The translations under genes were made by a program, and so were the position numbers. Positions 10,632-17,785 of a stretch of 64,000 nt of DNA are shown here, piece by piece. The stretch covers positions 1,760,001-1,824,000 of the forward strand of contig CAWDTA010000002.1 in NCBI GenBank assembly GCA_963805085.1, given 5' to 3'. Origin of the DNA: an uncultured Veillonellaceae bacterium. GTDB lineage: Bacteria; Bacillota; Negativicutes; JARBTT01. Below the pieces are notes generated by a model. That model was not told the DNA's origin, ran no database searches, and saw only the letters and a list, made by a program, of their open reading frames with translations. The first letter of the stretch is position 1. The number at the start of each line of letters is the position of its first letter.

Positions 10632-10735
10632 GCATTTCAACAACTGATACTCTTGAAGGTACAGTGGAAGCAGAACTCAATGTGCAAAATTCCGTCCTTG
10701 GCGTCGAAGCACTAGCACAGCTTGAAAAATTAAAT
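10632..10735 (+). pseudogene. Deleted remnant of the 15787-16218 gene
   Basis: STTDTLEGTV/EAELNVQNSVLGVEALAQLEKL matches STADTLKDTV...EAELDAQISVLGVKALAQLEKL. Confidence 0.8.
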
Positions 10736-10740
10736 CATGG

Positions 10741-10932
10741 TACAATACTAAAGGCGTTTAACTCAGTTTTCGAGTTAAACGCCTTTTTAAAGTCTTTGTA
10801 CACTTATAGTTTAAAAATTGCAATTACAAGAATGTATATAAGTGAAAGCCAATATACAGGAAAACACAATTTAAAATAAGAGTTCCTTGGTTATATTGGA
10901 TTTTAATTATATTTTAGTAGGAGTGGATTTTT
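10741..10932 (+). promoter_or_regulatory. Cassette leader L1 (terminator + promoter-like block + structured 5' UTR + RBS)
   Basis: Near-identical to 12085-12276; homologous to 16525-16712 and 17597-17785. Confidence 0.85.
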
Positions 10933-11928
10933 ATGAGTAGAACAGTAAATATCACAGACGAAATTATTGTAGTATCCCATGGGGAAGAGGATACAGGGAA
11001 AATGGCTATGCTAGGGGCTGAAGGGAAGTTCCATAAAAGCGTAATTCCAGTAATTGATGATTTGCAAGAACAAATCACAAAAGAGGTTACGGAACGAACT
11101 GAAGCAGATAAAAAGCTACAAACTAATATCGATGCAGAAACAAGTGCTAGAATATCAGCTGATCAGCAATTGCAAGGAAATATTGAATCGGAAGCCACCG
11201 CAAGAGATGCTGCCGATAAAGATTTGGAAGATAAGCTTGCTGCAGAGGTTGCAGCTAGAACTAATGCCGATACTCAACTACAAGCTAATCTTGAGGCACA
11301 AGCTAATACTAGAAGTGTTGCAGACCAAGACTTGCAAGAGCAAATTTCTAAAGAAATTGTGGCACGTACCGATGGCGATACGGCTTTACAGTCTATTGTT
11401 GATAAAGAGGTAGCAGCGCGTACAGATGCAGATAGTAAATTACAAAGTTCTATCGATAACGAAGTAGATACTAGAGCAAAAGCCGATCAAGGCCTACAAG
11501 ATCAAGTAACTGCTGAAATTACCGCCAGGACTAATGCTGACGAAACCGAATCAAACACACGGGTTAGTGCTGATAATAACTTACAGGAGCAAATTAATGC
11601 ATTGAAAGGATCAGCTTTTGATGCTGGACACTCGTTTAGTGATAATGGTTACCAGAGCTTAGGTAATGGATTGATTTTGCAATGGGGGCATGCTCAGTTG
11701 TCAAAAGGAGCAAATATCGGCAACGCATCAGTTACGTTCCCTACACCTTTTCCGAATAAGTGTTTAAGTTTCGCAACCACTTATGACAACCCACCACAAA
11801 GTGAATGGGGGCCTATGAGTACAGCAATATCAGGCGTTACAAAATATGGATGCAACTTGTGGGGAGATGCAGATGAACATCATATTGATAATGATGTTAA
11901 TATTTATTATATGGCTATAGGTTATTAA
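10933..11928 (+). CDS. Tail-fibre-like protein: 18-aa coiled-coil repeats + gp53-like C-terminal tip
   Basis: Repeats LQxxIxxEVxARxxAD; tip NGYQSLGNGLILQWG...VTFPTPFPNKC...YYMAIGY. Confidence 0.8.
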   Translation: MSRTVNITDEIIVVSHGEEDTGKMAMLGAEGKFHKSVIPVIDDLQEQITKEVTERTEADKKLQTNIDAETSARISADQQLQGNIESEATARDAADKDLEDKLAAEVAARTNADTQLQANLEAQANTRSVADQDLQEQISKEIVARTDGDTALQSIVDKEVAARTDADSKLQSSIDNEVDTRAKADQGLQDQVTAEITARTNADETESNTRVSADNNLQEQINALKGSAFDAGHSFSDNGYQSLGNGLILQWGHAQLSKGANIGNASVTFPTPFPNKCLSFATTYDNPPQSEWGPMSTAISGVTKYGCNLWGDADEHHIDNDVNIYYMAIGY

Positions 11929-11993
11929 AAAATGACATCTTTAGGAGTGGAGAGAAATCTTCACTCTTTTTATTTAATAAATGGAGAATATTT

Positions 11994-12065
11994 ATGATCC
12001 AAGCTGCTTTGGGTATGGGGGTTAAAGCATTAACACAACTGGAAAAATTAATTACTAAGATGTAA
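11994..12065 (+). pseudogene. 23-codon mini-ORF, 3' remnant of the 15787-16218 gene family
   Basis: MIQAALGMGVKALTQLEKLITKM* versus LGVKALAQLEKLIAKM*; GGAG RBS present. Confidence 0.7.
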
Positions 12066-12084
12066 ATACAAAATTAAATACTTA

Positions 12085-12276
12085 TACAACACTAAAGGCG
12101 TTTAACTCAGTTTTAGAGTTAGGCGCCTTTTTAAAGTTTTTGTACACTTATAGTTTAAAAATTGCAATCGCAAGAATGTATATAAGTGAAAGCCAGTATA
12201 CAGGAAAACACAATTTAAAATAAGAGTTCCTTGGTTATATTGGATTTAAATTATATTTTAGTAGGAGTGGATTTTT
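12085..12276 (+). promoter_or_regulatory. Cassette leader L2
   Basis: Near-identical to L1. Confidence 0.85.
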
Positions 12277-13305
12277 ATGAGTAGAACAGTAAATATCAAT
12301 GATGAGATTATCGTTGTATCAGAAGGAAAAAAAGATATTGGTAAGCTTGCTATTTTAGGCAATGATGGTAAGTTTGATCCGAGTGTTATTCCGGTAATTG
12401 ATGAGTTACAAGATCAAATTAACAAAGAAGTCAATGAACGAATTGAAGGAGATAAAGCTCTACAGACCAATATTGATTCGGAAGCTAGTACTAGAACTAC
12501 TGCAGACAGAGATCTGCAAGATCAGATTACGAAAGAGGTTATGGCACGAACTGAAGGTGATAAAACACTACAAACCAACATTGATGTAGAAGTTAGTGCT
12601 AGAACTGCATCTGATCAAGGGTTACAAGATCAAATTAGTAAAGAAGTATTGGCAAGAGGTGAAGGTGATAAGCAATTACAGGAAAATATTGATTCTGAAG
12701 TTAGTACTAGAACTACAGCAGATCAACAATTGCGAGATCAGATTGCTACTGAAATTGCTGCAAGGACAAATGGTGATCAAACTGAATCAAGTACTCGGGC
12801 TAGTTTAGTTGAAGGTTTACAAGCTCAAATTGATGCATTAAAAGCTGAGTGTGTTCCAACTGGTGCTGTTGAGTATTTTGCTATGACAGTAGCACCGCAG
12901 GGATGGCTAAAAGCTGATGGTTCAGTGGTTTCAAGATCACAATATGATAAGTTGTTTGCGGCAGTAGGTACTCTGTTTGGCGTAGGTGATGGCAGTACTA
13001 CATTTAATCTGCCAGATTTACGTGGTGAGTTTATCCGTGGATTTGACGATGCTCGTGGGGTAGATAGTGGTCGAACGGTGGGAAGTGTTCAGGCAGATGA
13101 AAACAAGACACATTCTCATGAAATCGAATCAAACTACAACGATTATTACGCTGGGACTGGTAATGGAGGACCGTTCAGGCTGACAGGTAACGATGGTACT
13201 ACAACAACGGATGGACATGCTGATTTCTTTGTAAATACTGAGTCAGCAGGCGGTACTGAAACCCGCCCTCGTAACCTAGCTTTACTAGCTTGTATTAAAT
13301 ACTAA
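12277..13305 (+). CDS. Tail-fibre-like protein: same N-terminus and repeats + phage tail collar domain
   Basis: MSRTVNI.DEIIVVS shared with 10933; collar motif PTGAVEYFA...PQGWLKADG...GDGSTTFNLPDLRGEFIRG; ends ETRPRNLALLACIKY. Confidence 0.87.
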   Translation: MSRTVNINDEIIVVSEGKKDIGKLAILGNDGKFDPSVIPVIDELQDQINKEVNERIEGDKALQTNIDSEASTRTTADRDLQDQITKEVMARTEGDKTLQTNIDVEVSARTASDQGLQDQISKEVLARGEGDKQLQENIDSEVSTRTTADQQLRDQIATEIAARTNGDQTESSTRASLVEGLQAQIDALKAECVPTGAVEYFAMTVAPQGWLKADGSVVSRSQYDKLFAAVGTLFGVGDGSTTFNLPDLRGEFIRGFDDARGVDSGRTVGSVQADENKTHSHEIESNYNDYYAGTGNGGPFRLTGNDGTTTTDGHADFFVNTESAGGTETRPRNLALLACIKY

Positions 13306-13532
13306 TCAAGTAACTGAACTTAAATAATTAGATTAAAAAGGCGATAACTAGTACAAAAAATGTACTTGGTTATCGTCTGCTTTGTTGCGATTTTCTTTGC
13401 CATTTATCACGATGGAGATGAATTGAAAAAATATAATAAAAAAACATGATTTTTACAATAAAAAATCATGTTTTGGATTATTTTTGCTTGCAATACCTAA
13501 AAAATGTAATATACTAATAATAGGTGGAAATT

Positions 13533-13626
13533 AAAAAAGTCGCCGTGTCCTAAGAGTGCAGGAACACTCTCAGGCACGAACAGGTGGTCTAGCACCTACA
13601 CGTAACAGCTAGCTGTCTACGACGAC
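13533..13626 (-). ncRNA. Predicted ~95-nt multi-stem antisense RNA
   Basis: Minus-strand TTGTAA-N17-TATAAT (13660-13632); 5' GUCGU pairs with 3' GCGAC followed by U6; three internal hairpins. Confidence 0.6.
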
Positions 13627-13742
13627 AATTTATTATACCGTGCTTTTCCCTTGATTACAAGGGAGACAGTCCGTTCGCTTGGTATAATATGATTGAAGTT
13701 TTGGCAGAGGCTTAGCGTCTGCATGCAATCAAGATATAGCAA

Positions 13743-13784
13743 TGCGCATGTGTAGGTTGAATAAAACCTCGCATGTGCTTTTTT
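13743..13784 (+). terminator. Intrinsic terminator/attenuator inside non-coding region
   Basis: gcgcatgtgtaggtt...aacctcgcatgtgc followed by a T run. Confidence 0.7.
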
Positions 13785-14060
13785 GATTTCCCCTGAAACA
13801 AGCTGTATGTTGGTTTCTTCTATCTGCATTAGCAGATAGAAGAAACCTCGTACAGAATGATGAAGGGGGATATAAAGTGGTATCAGTACAGAGGAGTAAA
13901 AAGTTGTGGTCGAGGCAGCGCATGAGCATGTGGCGGGGAGACATCCTCGCCACAACCAATGGGAGAGGTTCGTTCTATTTACAAGGGACAAGATTTATTT
14001 TCTTGGGAAATAGAGGTTCTGTAAATGTATAGAACATATCGAACAACAGGAGACACGATT

Positions 14061-14300
14061 ATGGCTGAGGAAGTAGAAAATGCTGATCTTACAGTTAAAT
14101 TGCTTACAGATTTAGATAGCAAAGAATATGTGATGGTCAAGCAGCAAAAGGAAGTTACAATATATAATCTTTCGCTGGTTGGCCAGGTCACTGAAATAGT
14201 GAATGACGTTTCATTCGAAGAATATAGAGAGATTACCTATGCGAGATTAGACAAGGAAGCATTAGCGCAGGGAATCAAACCGAGGAGACGGTCTCTATAA
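14061..14300 (+). CDS. Hypothetical protein (79 aa)
   Basis: AGGAG RBS before ATG 14061; no recognisable motif. Confidence 0.65.
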   Translation: MAEEVENADLTVKLLTDLDSKEYVMVKQQKEVTIYNLSLVGQVTEIVNDVSFEEYREITYARLDKEALAQGIKPRRRSL

Positions 14301-14545
14301 AGTTATATATCCAAAGATTAGAAAGCACCAAGAAAGAGGCAGCTATATAAGTTACTCAAAAATTTATCGTAATAATGAATACAATAATTATAAATTTATA
14401 AGGTGCATAATTGGATAGGGTAGGAGAATAATTTTAGACGTGAAGAACGTCTATTTTTTTTTTGCCGTTTAAAAATTGATTCTTTAGGAACTTATTATAT
14501 TAGGAGGCTTTATATAGGTGATAAATTTGGAAGGGAGAGGGAGTC

Positions 14546-14719
14546 GTGGGCGATGATGTGATTCAAAGACTTTTTAACAAAATTGACAATTTATCTGATC
14601 GTTTGGCACGAGTAGAAACAATGCTTGAAGAACGCGAGAAGAAACAGACGAACATTGCAGGCATAATAGCATGGTTAGTAACAACGCTCATTGCTTTATA
14701 TGCTGCTTTACCTCATTAA
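14546..14719 (+). CDS. XhlA/holin-like small membrane protein (57 aa)
   Basis: Below the ORF-track cutoff. GTG start with GGAG-rich RBS: MGDDVIQRLFNKIDNLSDRLARVETMLEEREKKQTNIAGIIAWLVTTLIALYAALPH, coiled coil + C-terminal TM, directly before the amidase. Confidence 0.75.
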   Translation: MGDDVIQRLFNKIDNLSDRLARVETMLEEREKKQTNIAGIIAWLVTTLIALYAALPH

Positions 14720-14740
14720 TTTGGAAAGGAGATTTTATCA

Positions 14741-15256
14741 ATGAAAATTTGTGTAAACGGAGGTCATTACCCTGGCTTAGATAGTGGTGCATGTGGTAGC
14801 TATCTACAAGAAGCAGATGTAACAAAAAATCTTATGCAGAAGGTTGCTGGTTATCTACGTAATGTTGGCTATGAAGTATTGGAAGTGCAAGAAAACGAGC
14901 TGGCAGATATTACAAACGCTAGTAATAATTTTGGTGCTGATTTATTTGTGTCACTGCATTGTAATGCTGCAGCGAATTCTGAAGCAAAGGGAACAGAAAC
15001 CTATTGTTACGATCTAAATGGCGAAGGTGCAATGCTCGCGCAGTGCATACAAAAGCAAATCGTAAATAGTTTAGGAACTGTAGATCGTGGCGTAAAGGAA
15101 AGTAAAGCGTTATATGTGTTAAAACATACCGATTGCGTAGCTTGTCTAGTTGAAACAGCATTTATATCGAACGAAAATGATGAAAGTTTGTTAGCCAATC
15201 AATCAGATGACTTTGCCAGAGCGATTGCTCGAGGTGTAACTGACTATTTTCAATGA
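14741..15256 (+). CDS. N-acetylmuramoyl-L-alanine amidase (Amidase_3), endolysin-like, catalytic domain only
   Basis: GH...DSGA, E, ADLFVSLHCNA, LVETAFISN; no signal peptide. Confidence 0.93.
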   Translation: MKICVNGGHYPGLDSGACGSYLQEADVTKNLMQKVAGYLRNVGYEVLEVQENELADITNASNNFGADLFVSLHCNAAANSEAKGTETYCYDLNGEGAMLAQCIQKQIVNSLGTVDRGVKESKALYVLKHTDCVACLVETAFISNENDESLLANQSDDFARAIARGVTDYFQ

Positions 15257-15271
15257 GAGGAGGCGGGATAG

Positions 15272-15772
15272 ATGAAAGTAACCTTTGTCTTTGTAGGTGG
15301 AGAAAGTAAAGTGGACAAGATTATAACCGGTGTTTCCGGTGGAGACAAGTCTCATATAGCCATAAAAATATTTGATGGTATTTTAGAAAGTACAGGAGAG
15401 AGGGAAGAAATAGACCCGTATCCTGGGGTTTGGCTACATAATCCAGATAAATATGATAACAATCCATACGCAGAATTTATCGAGGTAGAAATACCAGATA
15501 TTGAAGGTTTTAAAGCCGAAGCTAGAAAGTTACTTGGTTCACCGTATGGATTTACAGATTGCTTACGAGCAGGAATATTTGATCTGTTAGGAATTGAGAT
15601 ACCAGACAACGATTGGCTAATGGATTGTAGTGAATTAGGCACAAGATTAGCTAGGGCAGGTAAATTAGATATATTACCGGATATTGAAGCTGGTTGTATA
15701 GATCCCATGCGACTTCGTAATGCAATACTTGATGGTGGATATGGTAGAATTACTGATTCTATCGCTTCTTGA
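15272..15772 (+). CDS. Permuted papain-like (NlpC/P60, YiiX/YebB-like) enzyme
   Basis: SHIAI ... GSPYG ... DCSEL, His-before-Cys order. Confidence 0.7.
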   Translation: MKVTFVFVGGESKVDKIITGVSGGDKSHIAIKIFDGILESTGEREEIDPYPGVWLHNPDKYDNNPYAEFIEVEIPDIEGFKAEARKLLGSPYGFTDCLRAGIFDLLGIEIPDNDWLMDCSELGTRLARAGKLDILPDIEAGCIDPMRLRNAILDGGYGRITDSIAS

Positions 15773-15786
15773 GGGAGCTGAACAAA

Positions 15787-16218
15787 ATGGCATATTTAAC
15801 ACCGATAATTGAATTTTTAAAACCTTATGCTATAAAACTGGTAGAAAATTTAGTGCCAGTTTTAATAGAAAATATTATTTTAAATAAAAGAAAGAAGGAA
15901 TCAAAAATGGCAGAAGAAACAACGACGTCGACAGCGGATACTCTTAAAGACACAGTGACAGCAGTGGTAGAAACAGCAGCGACTGTAGCGGAATCAACAA
16001 CAGAGGAACAAGTGAAAACAAAAATGGATGAAGAATTGGAAGAATTCGTTACCAAAAAGCAAGCAGAAATCGCTACGACAAAAAGCAGCTATGTAAAAGT
16101 CCGCGACCAATTATACATTACATTGGTTACAGCAGCCGAAGCAGAACTCGATGCGCAAATTTCCGTTCTGGGCGTCAAAGCATTAGCGCAATTGGAAAAA
16201 TTAATTGCGAAGATGTAA
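15787..16218 (+). CDS. Phage-associated hypothetical protein at end of lysis module (second possible start 15907)
   Basis: RBS-like sequences before ATG 15787 and ATG 15907; homologous remnants at 10632 and 11994; no clear TM helix. Confidence 0.65.
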   Translation: MAYLTPIIEFLKPYAIKLVENLVPVLIENIILNKRKKESKMAEETTTSTADTLKDTVTAVVETAATVAESTTEEQVKTKMDEELEEFVTKKQAEIATTKSSYVKVRDQLYITLVTAAEAELDAQISVLGVKALAQLEKLIAKM

Positions 16219-16281
16219 ATGCAAAATTAAATCATGATACAACACGAAAGGCGTCTATCTCATTTTGAGAGTTAAGCGCCT

Positions 16282-16524
16282 CAGCCTGTAGACAAACTAT
16301 GGACAGACAGGCCGCGGGTCGGCGATAAGCACTCACCTGCGTCGTTACAGTAAGGTGCTGTTCGTCGACGTACGAAAGTACGACTCCTTCGCAACCCTTT
16401 ACTGTTCCTAGCATCTGAGCACTTCTCACCAACCGGCAGCCTATCTTCGTACTAGTTTATAAATGGAGCGGATTTAGATATTTTCTAAATCATCGACACA
16501 AATATTTTATTTTGTTGACAGCCG
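16282..16524 (-). mobile_element. Repeat family A (MITE-like), full copy inserted at cassette terminator
   Basis: Terminal IRs cagcctgtagacaaa / tttgttgacagccg; flanked on both sides by variants of the aggcgt...cgcct hairpin. Confidence 0.85.
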
Positions 16525-16712
16525 AGGCGTTTAACTCAGTTTTAAAGTTAGACGCTTTTTTAGTTTTTTTTTGTAGATTTATAGTTTAAAAATTGCAATT
16601 ACAAGAATGTATATAGTTGAAAGCCGATATACAGGAAATACACAATTATAAATAAGAGTTCCTTGGCTATATTGGATTTGCAAAAATAATAGATTAATTT
16701 GGAGGTAATATT
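16525..16712 (+). promoter_or_regulatory. Cassette leader L3
   Basis: tatagtttaaaaa...caagaatgtatata...gaaagccgatatacaggaaa...aataagagttccttggctatattggattt. Confidence 0.85.
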
Positions 16713-17585
16713 ATGGCAACAGTAGGATGGCAGAGAATTAGTGCTTTTGATTCAAAATTTTTATATTCTGGTACTTGGAACAGTTATAGTGCTTCACCGT
16801 ATTATAATGGACACGAAATGGCTACAGCTGAACTAAATGCGAAGGTCACATTTAAATTTAGAGGTACCCAATTACGAATTATCACAGATGCAAATACAGA
16901 CCATACAAAAAACATACAGATTACAATAGATGGCCAGAGTGATAATTTTTCTGTTTGTACTTCTGCGGCGTATCAAAGAGTATCTTATGAAAAAAGTGGA
17001 TTATCTTCACAAGTTCATACTGTAGAATTGGTAAATTTAGAAAGTAAAGTAGTTGGATTTAATGCAGTAGATATTGATGATACAGGGGAATTAATAGCGT
17101 GTTCAATAGTAGAATCGCCTACCAATTTAACCGCTGCAGCAGGCGATTCCCAATTAACATTATCATGGACGGCAGTTGATGGAGCAATTAGCTACAATGT
17201 AAAACGCTCGACAACTTCAGGTGGTACATATACTACAATTGCTAGTAATGTATCCGGTACTAGTTATGTAGATACTAGCGTAACGAACGGTATTATCTAT
17301 TACTATGTAGTTACTGCTGTAAATGCTGATGGAGAAAGTAACAATTCAAATGAAGCTTCAGCTAAGCCAGAAGGCATTGAATTATTGCGAGTTACTATGC
17401 TTGATTCTAGTGAACGTGATTATCAATTGACTACGACTGAAATTGATGGTTTTGTTAACTGGTTTAATAGTCATACAAGCACCAATACTACAAGCTATAT
17501 GCTCAATAAAAAGGTTGGGACACAAAATAGTAAGGAATATTTGACTTTTGATAAGATCATTAGCTTTGAAGTAATCAAACTTTAA
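16713..17585 (+). CDS. Fibronectin type III domain protein (beta-sandwich N-domain, FN3, conserved C-terminal domain), no signal peptide
   Basis: PTNLTAAAGDSQLTLSWTAVDGAISYNVKRS...YYYVVTAVNADGES; C-terminus SKEYLTFDKIISFEV. Confidence 0.85.
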   Translation: MATVGWQRISAFDSKFLYSGTWNSYSASPYYNGHEMATAELNAKVTFKFRGTQLRIITDANTDHTKNIQITIDGQSDNFSVCTSAAYQRVSYEKSGLSSQVHTVELVNLESKVVGFNAVDIDDTGELIACSIVESPTNLTAAAGDSQLTLSWTAVDGAISYNVKRSTTSGGTYTTIASNVSGTSYVDTSVTNGIIYYYVVTAVNADGESNNSNEASAKPEGIELLRVTMLDSSERDYQLTTTEIDGFVNWFNSHTSTNTTSYMLNKKVGTQNSKEYLTFDKIISFEVIKL

Positions 17586-17596
17586 TAGTTAGGTCA

Positions 17597-17785
17597 AAGG
17601 GCGTCTATCTCATTTTGAGAGTTAGACGCCTTTTTGAATTTTTTGTAGATTTATAGTTTAAAAACGGATGTTACAAGAATGTATATAGATGAAAGCCGAT
17701 ATACAGGAAATACAAATTTTAAAATAAGAGTTCCTTAGCTATATTGGATTCGAAAAAATAATAATTTAATTTGGAGGAATGTAAA
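17597..17785 (+). promoter_or_regulatory. Cassette leader L4
   Basis: Same blocks as L1-L3 with a diverged spacer (cggatgtt). Confidence 0.85.

Noticed and set aside
10664-10879. 71-aa ORF as a real gene
   Set aside because: Gene stump reading through the terminator and leader L1 after a deletion removed its stop codon.
10933-13305. Diversity-generating retroelement or shufflon acting on the fibre genes
   Set aside because: No reverse transcriptase, no TR/VR pair differing at adenines, no invertase or inverted crossover sites; the tips are non-homologous.
13787-13870. Retron msr-msd suggested by the long perfect hairpin
   Set aside because: No reverse transcriptase in the window and no clear a1/a2 repeats with a branching G.
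13617-13991. Minus-strand ORFs of 124 and 76 aa and a plus-strand 51-codon ORF
   Set aside because: Atypical composition, no recognisable motif, and they overlap promoter/terminator structures; a decayed gene cannot be fully excluded.
16232-16432. Similar 60-66 aa ORFs at 16232, 34025 and 49689-49909 as a small-protein family
   Set aside because: They lie inside family A repeats, lack an RBS and have inconsistent ends.
16623-16630. GCCGATAT in leaders L3/L4 as a sigma-28 -10 element
   Set aside because: No TAAA at the right spacing, and L1/L2 change it in ways that keep RNA pairing but break the consensus; kept only as an alternative.
10741-17785. CRISPR array or integron attC cassettes
   Set aside because: Repeats are ~190 bp with kb-scale gene-containing intervals; no cas or intI gene; cassettes appear to carry their own promoters and lack GTTRRRY core sites.
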